In this document: positions 1 to 11,934 of the stretch, piece by piece
Position numbering within the stretch: the stretch's first letter is position 1
How the letters are laid out: each line of letters begins with the position of its first letter
NCBI GenBank assembly: GCA_965113315.1
Contig: OZ220374.1
Length of the DNA: 64,000 nt
Source: Podarcis vaucheri
Lineage: Eukaryota
Reading direction: 5' to 3' (one strand)
The notes under the pieces: generated by a model
Database searches by the model: none
What the model was told of the DNA's origin: nothing
What the model saw: the letters and a program-made list of their open reading frames with translations, nothing else
Position numbers and translations under genes: made by a program

Positions 1-334
1 CTGGCCAGTCCTTTCGATGGGAGTGCTGCGTTGGAGTTGAATGTGTGGATGTGTGCTGCAAAAAAATTGGAACGGGCAATTGTGAATTCTTACTTTCTCT
101 GCAGAAGGAGGTTTATCTCATAATGGAGGCCATCCCTCCAGCTGAGAGCAAAGCAAGGGCATGGGTTGGAATGCTGAGCAGTGGGAGCTCCGTTGCCTTT
201 GGGCAGGTCTGGATTTGAGCAGCCTCTCCCCTTGGTGCTAGAAATACATGACTGTGCATGCAGAAAGCAAACATGCTCTAGTGCTGTGGGGAGCAATACA
301 AAAGATGCTCTAGTGCGGTTTTATTGAAATGTGG

Positions 335-470
335 ATATCCCCGTTCAAATCCTCGTTTAGCCATAAAACACCCGTTCTATACCTTTTGACTTAACCTATC
401 CCAGAGGGTTGTTGTGATGACAAAATGGTGTTGGAATGCTGCATTGAGATCCTTGAAAGAGAGGTGAACC
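335..470 (+). mobile_element. Degraded tRNA-derived (MIR-like) SINE fragment
   Basis: B-box-like gttcaaatcc followed by a core-like acctatcccagagggttgttgtgatgacaaaatgg; resembles copies at 2753 and 59085. Confidence 0.45.
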
Positions 471-551
471 ATTTTGAGGGCTTTGTTTCACTTTTTTGCA
501 ATCAAGCGGTGTATACATTTTTTGAAATTAAAATAACTAATAAATGTAGTA

Positions 552-552
<1 letters not shown>

Positions 553-590
<38 letters not shown>
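553..590. repeat. (AAT)n microsatellite
   Basis: Directly visible tandem repeat. Confidence 0.97.
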
Positions 591-645
591 GAAGCTCGTC
601 CCTTTGTGATATTGCTCTCTAACTTGCATGCTTACTCAGCACTCT

Positions 646-680
646 CCTCCCTCCCTCCCTCCCTCCCTCCCTCCCTCCCT
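646..680. repeat. (CCCT)n microsatellite
   Basis: Directly visible tandem repeat. Confidence 0.95.
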
Positions 681-1757
681 TCCTTTCCAAGGCATGCTCA
701 CACTCTAAACGTGCAAATTTTCCTTTAAGCTATTGTAGCGACCACTGCCTTGCATCATAATGGTAAGCATCTGCTTATCACCCATATATTAATTGCCTTT
801 TTACACCACTCTGCCTCGGGAGCCTCCATGTAAGGCTGAGCTCCTTTTCAGTGCTTGTGAATCATGGAAGCACCTTTGCACTCTCCTTTTGTTAAAAGAA
901 ACCAAAACAAAACCTTTGCTAGTTGTTGCAAAGTATTGCCAAGTCACATTATTTTTGTATGAAACTGCCTGTTAGTTCACATGACTGCCTGTCTCAGTGG
1001 TTCCATGTTAGAACTCTTGCCAAATCTTTTGGGTTAAATTAAGGAACTGTCATTAACAATAAGATGGGGGAAAGAACTATGGGAAGCTTCAACCACACTA
1101 AAAGTCCATCTTGGGAAACTTAACATTTCTTTTTTCTTACATCACGTCTGTGCGTCTATTTTTAGATGCTTCCTTTCCCTAGCCTTGTTTGGTTCTGAAC
1201 AGACGACAAAGAGCCCAATTCACTTGTGTGCCGTGTTACGTAGTTATAAAGAAGGGTGTGTTTTTGTCTTAGCTGATCTATCCTTTTGAAATGGGGTTGG
1301 GAAGAAGGTGGGTTGGGTTGTGCTTGTAGATCTCTGAGTGATCAGCTAGGATCCCTGACTCCCAATTGTTTCATAATGGCAGTAACAATATGACTCTTCT
1401 GGAAATGAAGAAAGCTGGTGGGGTGGTACAAGGAGTGAAGAGGAAATAGCAAGGAGTGGGTTTTGTGTGTGCTCAGTTCAGTTCTGACACTCAAAACAAG
1501 TTCCTGAACTCAGAACTTCCTTTCAATTCAGTGTTTATGCCTTGATCCAGTTGGAGGCAGTGAGTGTAGGATATGATCCAGTTCCTGCTTAAAGGTGGAG
1601 ATAGGAAATAAAACAAATGTGAGCCTTTCACAGCTGTTATGCCTGCGTATTCTGTTTTCATTCATCTGACCAGAGTACAAAAGTGTTAGGTGACGAGGTT
1701 ATCAGTGATTGAGACTATGCAATTGGTTACATAAATGGCACTAATCTGAGTTGGGAC

Positions 1758-2135
1758 CAGGAATAGATGAATGTGTCCGTTTCATTTTCTCATTAAATTG
1801 GGTTCTACACATTTTCACATCCATTTGTGATTGAACCAAAGCTAAACGAGTCCTCATGAAGAATTCCTCGACATTTCAGTGCAAATTTCTCTTCTGATAC
1901 ACATTTTTGTATGTAATTTTTCCTAGTATAATATTTTTGTATGCTGCTTTCACTAACATATGCACTCATATGCATACTTTATTCAAGTATGGGTGTTTTT
2001 GTACATAATTCTTGACTGAAATTTGCAGTGCTCTGAATTTTGCAATGGCTATGTTTAATTTTGTGTATTGTTTCTAAAAGTGTGAATTTGGAAAGTTTGC
2101 CTTTTGAATGTGAAGAGAACTGACCCCCCCCCTTT
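1758..2135 (-). mobile_element. Old non-autonomous DNA transposon (hAT-like), same family as 21429-21846
   Basis: Reverse-complement similarity to 21429-21846 (aaagtgtgaatttggaaagtttgccttttgaatgtgaag vs attctcatttaaaggcaaatctacctaacttgcactttc). Confidence 0.55.
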
Positions 2136-2577
2136 TACCTGAGACTGGGAAATGTCCAGGGACTCTTCCTTCTTAGATCTTTGCACGAGACCTTGCTCTG
2201 CACACCCTTAGTGTGTGCTTAGGAGCAGATATGTGATATGACAGGGCCTTTGGGGGCATTGTACCCAGGTCCTGTAACTTCATTTCTTATGAAGATTCCT
2301 TGGTTCCTTGCTTTTTGGAACCATGTGAAAACTTCCTTGTTATCTTCTGCTGCCTCTCTGCTGTGCTTTCAAAGTTACTATGGGTCACCATGGGTTATTT
2401 TTATTGTTCCGGTTTTTAAAATATGCTTTCCTTTCCCTTCAGCTACCTTGAGTATGTGGGTGTTGTTAACAGTTGCAATTTTATCCCTAGGATTAATTTG
2501 TGAAACAGGCTGAATTGAAAAGTTGTTGAAGTTGCTAAGCCGTATTGAACTCAATGGTATTTATTTCTGAGTTGCAG

Positions 2578-2580
2578 TGT

Positions 2581-2620
<40 letters not shown>
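2578..2620. repeat. (TG)n microsatellite
   Basis: Directly visible tandem repeat. Confidence 0.97.
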
Positions 2621-2623
<3 letters not shown>

Positions 2624-2752
2624 GGACACTTTGACCCTTCTAAAACTGTAGGATTAAACATGCTTGTTAATGAATCCCTTTTGACAAATTTGTTCTCTCT
2701 CCCTTTTTAAAATGTTATCTTTTAATATTCATGTGGCAAATCTGGAGGATCC

Positions 2753-2860
2753 ATGTACTGTAGTGACTAGGGTGGTTGGACTGAGGGAGGGGCGACTCGG
2801 GTTCGAATGCTTACTAAGCTCTCACACTTGCCCACCTCACAAGATTATTCTAAAGATTAT
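2753..2860 (+). mobile_element. Degraded tRNA-derived SINE
   Basis: A-box-like tgtagtgactag and B-box ggttcgaat, then cccacctcacaagattatt core. Confidence 0.5.
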
Positions 2861-2997
2861 AGCGGTTAGAAGAAAAAGTCAGCATATAAATTTAAACGCA
2901 CTTTCCTTGACACCATCATTCTGCCTGCTGTATTTGAAATCAAGATTCTGCGAAGTAACCGAGCCTTGCAAAGAAAATGCATTTAATTTAATTTTTT

Positions 2998-3029
<32 letters not shown>

Positions 3030-3030
3030 A
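2998..3030. repeat. (GAAA)n microsatellite
   Basis: Directly visible tandem repeat. Confidence 0.95.
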
Positions 3031-3242
3031 GGCGTTTTACATCCCATTAACTGGAGCAGCCCTAACTATTCAGGCACTGCTACATTTGATTAATAAGACT
3101 TTGGCAGATCATTAACTTTTTAGACAGGCTGCTTACCAGGCAAATTCACTTAATCCCGGTTATTAGAGAAGGAGGGAAACCTTCCTGCTGATTGTATCTT
3201 GGGGAATCTTTTTGTCTCTTCATCAGCTACAGCAGCAGTCTT

Positions 3243-3640
3243 AAGAAAGTAAGAAGAGCCCTTGCGGGATCAGGCCAAAGGCCTATCTAGTTTAGTACAG
3301 TGGTACCTCAGTTTACGAACTTAATCTGTTCTAGAAGTCCATTCTCTGAGGTGCGCTTTCCCTAATGAGGCTCCCGCTGCCAGTGCCCTTCCACCATTCA
3401 GCTTCCGTTCTTAGACCGAGGTAAAGTTTGCAAACCGGGACACTACTTCCGGTTTTGCGAAGTTTGTAAACCGAATAGTTCGTAAACAGGGCTGTTCTTA
3501 AACCGAGGTACCACTGTATCCTCTTTCTTACAGTGACCCATTTGGTGCCTTTAGGAAACGGACATGGGCAAATCTTCTGCTCATGATCCACAGCAACTGG
3601 AATTCAGAGGCATGCTGCCTTTAATCCCAGGGGTAGTATA
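3243..3640 (-). mobile_element. CR1-type LINE 3'-UTR fragment (long-UTR family), interrupted by a MITE
   Basis: aagaagagccc...ggatcaggccaaaggcctatctag is the reverse complement of the 3' end at 17068-17115; homology resumes after the MITE. Confidence 0.75.
3298..3516. mobile_element. Tc1/mariner (Tigger-like) MITE
   Basis: TIRs cagtggtacctc...gaggtaccactg with TA on both sides. Confidence 0.92.
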
Positions 3641-4049
3641 TTGCTTGCTCACGCTGCAAGTCAAGGAGCAAACGAGCTGCTTGCACCAGCCAAAGACTTG
3701 TTTATGTCTTGCCAGGATATGATAGTCTGAACTAAGGGTCAGTATTATCCTTATGTTGGAATGGGGGCTTGCTTTCTACTTCCTACTGAGTTTGTAGCTG
3801 GAGTACATCTACACAAGGGACTTCAGAGTTCACTCTTCAAACCACACTTTAAGAATGAATCTAGCAGATATTAGTGGGTCAGTGATCCATTCCTGGTTTT
3901 CTGCAATACATGCATCCAATTGGCAGTAGGGCCTTGTTTTCATGCCACAGTAAGCCGTTTTCTGAATTAAACTATGTGAACAAGCAGTGTGCTCCTCCTT
4001 TGCTGGGCCAGGGAATAAATCACAGAGTGGCTGGCTTAGTGTTAAGTGC

Positions 4050-4172
4050 AAACCAATGTCCATAGTTTGTTTCTCCCAAACAAACCATGGGTGAGCCAAG
4101 AATAAACCTTGGGTAAGCCAAGAACAAACTTCATGGTTTGTTTGGAAAGAAATAAACCATGAGTGTTGGTTT
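4050..4172. mobile_element. Old palindromic MITE-like element (aaaccatggttt-type)
   Basis: Imperfect inverted repeat aaaccaatgtccatagtttgtttctcccaaacaaaccatg / catggtttgtttggaaagaaataaaccatgagtgttggttt. Confidence 0.6.
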
Positions 4173-5064
4173 ATATACAATGTAAAGGCAGTCCTTCCAA
4201 ATAAAGGAGACATAATTGAGTAGCTTACATCAGTACACTGCACATTCATGGTAAACCATACTGTGGCTTGCTGTGATTTGCAAACTTCTACTGAAGTTTG
4301 TGCTTTTACATTATTTTCATGCAAACTTTTCAGGTCTCTTGGGCCATCATATAATATTTGATACATGAAGGAATCGTGCCCATGGCTTCTGCTCCCTACT
4401 CATAGTTCTTGTGGGTGCAGCTGTCGGGAAATATCCCATTGCTCTTTTTTCCATAGCAGGTCCAAATTGAGAAGGAGATGTTGTAAATGTTATCTTTCTC
4501 CAACACTAGATGGCAGTGTTTGGAGGGCCTGCTAGTTCTTTAATGTCTGTGCTCCTACTACCGTGTTTTTCCTCCCAGGACTTCATGGTACCTGGACTTA
4601 GGTTACATCATGCCAGCCATTGTATAGCATTTGAGATAGAATTTTACACTTCTGGCCACTACTATATATGGTAGGTTTTTTGTTTTCGTTTTTTTAAATG
4701 CAATAGCACAAATTCTGGGTTCAGGATGAAGTGTGCAAAATAAATTAGTTTATTAAACATAAGTACATTTGCATAGTTTCTGAGGGCTTAGTTTATTTTG
4801 AAGACAGAACCTTTGAAGACAGATTTTTTTATTATTCATTAAATGAGTGATAAATAAAGCAAAAAATTTTTTATGACTCTGTTCCTGCTAGGGATGTAAG
4901 GCGGTGTCTTTCCCCGTCCCATCTTAATTACAGCAGCAGGTAGGTTTATTTAGTCCTCTTTGGGATGCTGCACTCAGCCCATACCCCCTTTTCAGTCCAC
5001 TATTCGTCCACTGTGTATAACTACATAACTTTCTTTAATAAGCACATACCAACTGCAAAATTTT

Positions 5065-5099
5065 TGCAGTGTTTCTCAATTTGGTCACTAGGTGGTGCA
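5065..5099 (+). promoter_or_regulatory. CTCF-binding-site-like motif with upstream module
   Basis: tggtcactaggtggtgc matches the CTCF core (TGGCCACCAGGTGGCGC); TGCAGT lies about 20 nt upstream of the core. Confidence 0.5.
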
Positions 5100-5245
5100 T
5101 ATGTTTCTCATTGTTGATGACATAGACCAAGACCATAGAGAAGTCTCTCTAACATCATAGACAAGACTCTTTAAGCCTCTTCTTCCTTTCCCCCATGTGT
5201 CCTCATTTCCTTTACAATCTTTTGATACAGTTTTAAAATAGGTTT

Positions 5246-5321
5246 AAAGGTAAAGGACCCCTGACAGCTAAGTCCAGTCGCAAACGACTCTGAGGTTGCG
5301 GCGCTCATCTCACTTTATAGG
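5246..5321 (-). mobile_element. Sauria SINE, 3' fragment
   Basis: aaaggtaaagg (reverse ACCTTT tail) plus gacccctgac...gcggcgctcatctc shared with full copies. Confidence 0.88.
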
Positions 5322-5597
5322 TTTACGCAGATGTTAACCCCATGGAGTACAATGGGAGGGAGATACCTCTGTCTGTAAGTGTGTATAGGTTTGGAATGTT
5401 ACCTAACAATCCTTTTGGACATAGTGGGCTTTACTTCTAAATATACATGCGCAGAATTGCACAGTTAGTGTAGGATTTCTCAGCAAGTCATGACTGGAAG
5501 ATTACTTGCAGGGACTACTGATTTTTCTTTTTAAAAATTGCGTTCTTAGAGATTTGGCTGAAGAAGCTGTAATAATCCTATAGTAGTCACTCTAAAG

Positions 5598-5847
5598 CAG
5601 GGGTCAGCAAACTTTTTCAGCCGGGGGCCAGTCCACTGTCCCTCAGACCTTGTGAGGGGCCAGACTCTATTTTTTTGGGGGAAATGAACAAATTCCTATG
5701 CCCCACAAATAACCCAGAGGTGCATTTTAAATAAAAGCACACATTCTATTCATGTAAAAACATGCTGATTCCCAGACCATCCACGGGCCGGATTTAGAAG
5801 GCGATTGGGCCAGATCCGACCCTCGGGCCTTAGTTTGCCTACCCATG
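5598..5847. mobile_element. hAT-family MITE
   Basis: TIR caggggtcagcaaact / agtttgcctacccatg; perfect 8-bp TSD ctctaaag (5590-5597, 5848-5855). Confidence 0.92.
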
Positions 5848-5907
5848 CTCTAAAGCAAAACTCACGGCATTCCTAAACACACATATACCTACAAATAAAG
5901 TCTTATC

Positions 5908-6508
5908 CAGGTACCTGTGGAAGATTGGACTATAAAGTTGCCACACTCCTACCAGGGCACATCTACCTGGGTGTAAACTTCTACAACTGAATATTGGTGA
6001 GTCTGCTCAGACAATTGACCGAAAGTGGTAGCGGTACAAGCCCTATGCAGAAATTTTGACCTGGGAGTAAAGGAAGGAAGAAAATCCCTATCATGGCTGA
6101 ACCCAAGAAGTCTTACTCCCCAAGTAGACTGCAAGGAATCTGGGCATGTATCTGCAGCAGTGGAAAGTCTCTACGTGCTCATACCTGGGGTCCGGGGTGA
6201 GGAGAGATATTACAACCCCCAAGAGGACTGCACTCACAGTATAGTATACTCACAACCCCTCCACGGCTGTTATGTTAAGCATAGGTTCCCATTAATTTCA
6301 ACTGGGATTGCCTTCTGTTTTCTATTCCCAGTCAAGTGTTCACTAGAATAGCCTCACTTTCTAGAAATGGAGGCACCTGGAAGGCTACAAAGCATCTGGC
6401 TGTAAAGCTGCCATAATCCAACCAGGGTACATTTAGCTGGGGGAAAAGGAAGAAAAGCCCTACCATGGCTTAACCCAGGAAGTTTTACACTCTGGAGTAA
6501 ACCGCACA
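5908..6508. repeat. Diverged direct duplication (5908-6133 vs 6371-6508)
   Basis: Shared blocks such as taaagttgccacactcctaccagggcacat / taaagctgccataatccaaccagggtacat and ccctatcatggctgaacccaagaagt / ccctaccatggcttaacccaggaagt. Confidence 0.75.
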
Positions 6509-8058
6509 GCTGAAGCAATGGAAATTCTATTCATTCTCCTAACTGGGGGGGGGGGCAAGCAGAGAGCTATTAACACCCCCTCCCAGACGGGACCTGAGGT
6601 AGACTTCGGGGGAAATAGTTTAGATATCTTTGTGAGCTTTAACTGGGAGTTTTTCACTTCCTTCTTCTCCCTTTCCAACCCTTCAATTCAAAGTACGCTG
6701 ACACCTAGTGGCAGACTAGGCAGGGAGTGAACTGCACACAAAATGTAGAACAACCATGAGTTCTTAAGTTAACTTTGCCAAAAATAAATCCTGGGCTGCA
6801 GGAAGGAATGTACAAATTCTGGTCCTACATTGATCACAAGGATGCAGAATTGGGGGGGGGGCACACACACATCCCACACGTGTAATTCCCCCCCCCCATT
6901 TCCAGCATCAATAATAGTAATTATTCCCCCCCCCAGTGATTTTGAATGAAATGACCCAAATTTGTATATTTTTTTCTTGATTTTTTCATCCAATGCTATT
7001 GTTTTTTCTTTGTGTTACTGAATTATATGCTCCTGATTAAATAAACAAAAAATTAAAAAGTAAGTGATTTTGCTGACTTAATTATATTTCCAAAGCATGA
7101 TAGGCTTAACAGGACCTATCTGCAATGAGCTACTCTGACAAAGGCCAAGTAGTCATTGGCTCCCCACCACTTTGAAAAGCTAGTTGCCTTTTGGTCACAT
7201 TCCAAATACATTTTTGAACTCTCTTCTCAGTTTCGGAAGTAGTTTGGTACGGAGCATGGCGGTTGTGCTATTTGTGGAAAACTGGCCTAAAGCCCGCTTG
7301 GATCCCGCTGTTTGGATATTGACTTATAGCTGTAAACCTGCGCTGGGTTACATGGAATAAGCCTTATTGAACACAAAGGGAGTAAACTTGGAATAGAATC
7401 AGGCTGCATAGACAGCTTAGAGGTTTCCTAACAATACATATTGTGAAATAAATAATAATAATATTGTATTCATTTTGAGAGTTCGTCTGCTAAAAATAGG
7501 AATGTCATCATTGTGGCAAGATGGTATAATGGCTGTACTGTAGGGTGTCTTGTGGTTGGGAAGTTTATTTTCCCTCCAGGCTGCAATGCGTGGGAGTATG
7601 ATAATATCTTGTATATTATTATGTATAATAGGCAGCCCATTCAATGCCATACGTGTAGTCAAACGAAAGCTTCAACAGCTGCAAAATTAGTTTGTCCATA
7701 GTTTTACATGCTTCAGCTGGCAGAAAATGTACCTTCCTGGAAGAATTACGCCCGCCCCATGCACTACACACACACACACACACACGCACACACTTGTGAT
7801 TTGCATCTGAAATTCATTTCTTCTCTTCTGGATGTATGTATAGTAAAATGATATGCCATCTGGTTGACTATTCAGTTCTGTGAAAAGATGACATCTTTTT
7901 TCGGGTTGGGGGGGGGGTTCATGAGAGATGATGAGCCTTTGCAGCATCCAGTGAATTTCAGTAGGAACAATGCTTCTTCACCTGTGATTTCTTAATGCTT
8001 ACTTTTGACATGGCTTGGAGAACTTGCCCTCTCCCTCAAAACTCTTTGAAGCCTAGTA

Positions 8059-8299
8059 CAGTGGTACCCTTGTTCCCAAACGGCTTAGCTGTCAAACAAA
8101 TCGGCTCCTGGATGCCGCAAACCCGGAAGTAAGTGTTCCAGTTTGCGAACGTTTTTTGGAAGCTGAACGCCCAACGTGGCTTCCACATCTTCTGACTGAG
8201 TGCAGAAAGCTCCTGCAGCCAATCAGAAACCGCGCCTTAGTTTTTGAATGGTTCTGGGAGTCCAACGATGGATTAAGTTCAACATCCAAGGTACCACTG
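8059..8299. mobile_element. Tc1/mariner MITE (subfamily with gcaaacccggaagt core)
   Basis: TIRs cagtggtacc...ggtaccactg, TA on the left; internal sequence shared with 50673 and 59385 copies. Confidence 0.9.
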
Positions 8300-9816
8300 T
8301 GCTGACCACGGGGACCAGTAATGTCCCATCAGCCAGCACCTCAGATCTTTCCAGATTGGGTGTTGTCAGGCACAACGTAACAAAGTGCACATAGGATTCT
8401 TTACCAGTCAGCCATGGCTGTTCCTCAAATCTTGTGAGGCTGGAATGGGTGGAAAGAAAGAACATTCATACCATCCTAAACTGTGATAAAATGCAATAAA
8501 GAAATAAAATTATCTAATGACTTCCACTACCCTATTTGTAGAAAATCCATACTGTCATGTTTCAGGAGTAACTTATTCCCTTATTCCTTTTCTTAGAAAA
8601 AGAACTTTGGAAGGAAAATTTGTGGTTTATGAAAAGGTACAATGTATTTTTTTTTTTAAAAAAATTGCTTGTTTTCATGCATTTGGTTACTGGATAGAAA
8701 TGGTTGCATGTCTGAGGGTCCCCTGTTGTCACCCACAATTCCAATTTTGTTCTTCAGAATAAAGTGCTGCCAGAACTTGTTCACTGACCTAAAGCAGCTG
8801 AGGCTTCCCATAATACTTCTTAGGGAGCTGACAAACTGAAGTATTTTGCTGCTTCATGGGATGCTACATCAATATGATGTTTACTTCATAACAAGCACGG
8901 TTAGAACTCGGAGGTTTAGTGGAGTCTGGGGACACACAGACAGAAAGACAGACAGACAGACGTGTGTGCGTGCGTGTGTAGTTGTGGAAAGAACACCATG
9001 GCTTTAGAAATCTCAAAAGTGGATGAAAGGGGGACGGATGCTTCGGGGGGTGATGGGGAGAGACCTGTAGTGGCAAAGAAGTCAGGAGCAGAATGTGTAT
9101 GGCAGGGCCAGGGAGGAACATTAATCTCCTAAGGGAAATTAATCACAAAATGAGACAAGGCTTGGGAAGCAGTGAATGAAAAACAACAACACAAACCTCA
9201 GCAACTACAGGGTCCAGAAACTGACTTGTCAGCTGCCCTTGGCCTTTTTGACCCATTAATGAGAGGATGGAGCCATACAGCAGATTTTGCCAAGTTAGAC
9301 AGCTTGAAATAGAGCTTTAACTATTTTAAGTTCCAAAGTGTGTGTGTGAGAGAGAGAGAGAGAAAGAGAAAGAGGATATACTAGGTTCGTATCTCAGAAA
9401 GAAGGAAGCTGGGGGTTGTGTTTGTGAGATGACCTCCTTGCACAGCCGCCTTTGCCAGTCTGGTGCCCTCTCACTGTCTTGAGCAGCAACATCCCTTGGC
9501 GTCAGCTTGCATGGCCAATTGGTTTGTTAGCCCCAGGCAGCACAGGAATAGTCGGCACCTCTCCTTGTGGGTGAAAAGATGGCAAATATAGTTTAAAGAT
9601 TTCACAAAAGGCCTGGCTATTGCAGGGTTTAGAAATACTGCTCAGCCCATCAGAGACTTCTTGTTTCTGGTGGAACGGCAATTAAAGTAATAGTTTGGAA
9701 CATGGTCATATTGGGCTTTCTGGTTTAGCACTGCAGTGAGATCACCTCTAACCCTAGAGACAACTTGGCATTATGACTATGCAGTAAACTGTGAGTCAGA
9801 GAGAACACAGCAAATC

Positions 9817-10040
9817 AAGAAGAGAATAAGAATTGTGTTGCTCGGTCACACCAAACGCCCATCTAGTCTAGCACTTGGGTTCTTACAACTAGATGGCCCA
9901 AGAATCTCACAAACAAGTCATCCTCTATCCACAACATCTGCTAACCTACTAACGATGGGTACTCCATTTAGCTATTATGGCTACTATTAGCTCTCCGTCT
10001 TGAACGTATCTTAATTCTTTTGAAAGCCATCTGCGCTGGT
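9817..10040 (-). mobile_element. Degraded CR1-type 3' fragment (long-UTR family)
   Basis: cccatctagtctagc motif and ttttgaaagccatc ORF2-end remnant in reverse orientation. Confidence 0.55.
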
Positions 10041-10324
10041 GACGATCGCAACATCTTATTTCTAGACCAGTTCCTGGTGCCCTTCAAATGTTTGGGACCA
10101 CAGCTCCCTTGACCCCATAGCCAGCATGGCCAGTGATCAGGAGTTGTAGTAGGAGTTGTAGTTCAATACTTGCCTGCTTGGTTGCTGCTACTTTTGCAGC
10201 TGCCTCTTCTGGTTAGAAAGCAAAGTGCCCTATAGCTGGGTGCCTGAACATTTCCCTGACCTGGTCTCCTGGTTGTAGGATGCTTTGCTTCTCATAACAC
10301 CAAGGCTGCTGGTTCGGTCCCCCT

Positions 10325-10392
10325 ATATTCCTGCCTTGCGGGGGGCTGGACTGGATGATCCTCAGGGCATCTTCCAACTCTGTGATTCTATA
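10325..10392 (+). mobile_element. CR1 3'-terminal fragment
   Basis: ttcctgccttgcggggggctggactggatgatcc...ttccaactctgtgattcta matches the CR1 tail at 36783-36865. Confidence 0.75.
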
Positions 10393-10772
10393 ATAATCTA
10401 TCTGCCTGCTGCCCCATCTGTTTGTCTCCTAGGAGCAGCCAAGCAAAATGGGCAGTGAACTGACATAACAGCATTGGCCTGCTCAAGACAGGCATTAGTA
10501 CAAAATGAGAGCTCATAGCAAATCCACAGTATTTTGAACTCCTTTTTAAATTATTAGGTCAGTCTTCAGCCTAATGCTTCAGATCTCAGTTATGCAAATG
10601 TTTACGGTGGCAACAGGGAGAGTCGCTTTCTCAGACTGGAAAAACATGTTTATTGACTCATGAATTTTCAGAAAGTATGCGATAACTAATATTAATCTCA
10701 ATAGAGTTCTGCACTTGGCTGACTTAAATATCTGGCTTCATTCCTTTAGAGCAAATATTGTGCTTAGCTGTA

Positions 10773-11107
10773 AGGTAAAGGTAAAGGGACCCCTGACCAT
10801 TAGGTCCAGTCATGGCCGACTCTGGGGTTGCAGTGCTCATCTCGCTTTATTGGCAGAGAGAGTCATGTGGCCAGCATGACTAAGCCGCTTCTGGTGAACC
10901 AGAGCAGCGCACGGAAACGCCGTTTACCTTCCCGCTGGAGCGGTACCTATTTATCTACTTGCACTTTGACGTGCTTTCGAACTGCTAGGTTGGCAGGAGC
11001 AGGGACCGAGCAACGGAAGCTCACCCGTTGCAGGGATTCGAACCGCCACCTTCTGATCGGCAAGTCCTAGGCTCTGTGGTTTAACCCACAGCGCCACCCA
11101 CATCCCA
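10773..11107 (-). mobile_element. Sauria SINE, near full length
   Basis: Reverse (ACCTTT)n tail, tRNA-like head, 12-bp TSD tgcttagctgta (10761-10772, 11108-11119). Confidence 0.95.
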
Positions 11108-11711
11108 TGCTTAGCTGTAGACTTGAGCAAATGTTACAGGGTCCAGGAAAATGCCAGGGAACAGGGCAACCAACTTTAGGGGCATGATAAGGAAAAATGC
11201 TAAAGTAGTAATGCATTTGCTTGAAATGGACACCTGGAAATTGAATGTAGTGACAATGCTCCCTTTGCTCAGATGTGAACTGCACATCTGGATTGTGATT
11301 TCCACTATTTTACCTTGCTAGATGAGGCAGCCTTATTGCACTGTATATCTGCCCAGCGGCAAGTCTTTACATGCCAGAAGATGCTCCCCCCACGTAACTG
11401 TTGCTGACAGAGCATCTGTTTCTCGCTATTGGTTTGAAATTCCACCAGTGAAGAACAGTTGTCTGTTTTTGTATCGCAACATGCATTTACATTCCACAGG
11501 TCTGGTAAATCTTACTCTCTGCCACCCAGCGACTTTTATTTAGAGCATATTCCATCAGCAGGCACTGCAGTTTAAATGCAGCTGCACGGCACAGTTTCTT
11601 CACAGTGTTGAAGTCTGCTGAAAAAGGAAGAAAGATTTTGGGTTGGTTTTTTGTTTTGCTCTGTGCATACTTGCCCTGTGTATCATCAGGTAACATCCCT
11701 GCATATTCACG

Positions 11712-11934
11712 ATGTCCAAACCTTCTCGCTTAGCCAGACCGCTGTCTACTAACGCAGCATCTAGGCTGCCTTTGTCTAGGAAAGAAGACTTTAGTGGCAA
11801 AATGAGGAAAATTAGTTTTGGTGAAAAGATTTTGAGAGCTGGCAGTGAAGGGAACCTGATTAAGCAGCAGCAGCAGCAACAGCAGGTGCAAACCACAGAA
11901 AGACTTCTTTTGCGGAGGGCTCCAATTCTGAAAG
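11712..11934 (+). CDS. Candidate first coding exon of an unidentified host gene (MSKPSRLARP...RKISFGEKILRAGSEGNLIKQQQQQQQ...RRAPILK, phase-1 donor)
   Basis: ATG with A at -3 and an in-frame stop upstream (11691); 74 codons of non-repeat, protein-like sequence with polyQ; AAG|GTAAAG donor at 11934/11935; possible acceptor at 11689/11690; no homolog recognised. Confidence 0.6.
11865..11885 (+). repeat. CAG/CAA polyglutamine tract (Q7) in the candidate exon
   Basis: (CAG)4 CAA CAG CAG in frame with the ATG at 11712. Confidence 0.8.

Noticed and set aside
3830-4366. 178-aa minus-strand ORF, the longest non-LINE ORF
   Set aside because: It spans a palindromic repeat, has random-looking composition and no recognisable motif
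11712-11934. Gene symbol for the candidate exon
   Set aside because: I do not recognise the peptide with confidence; a homology search is needed
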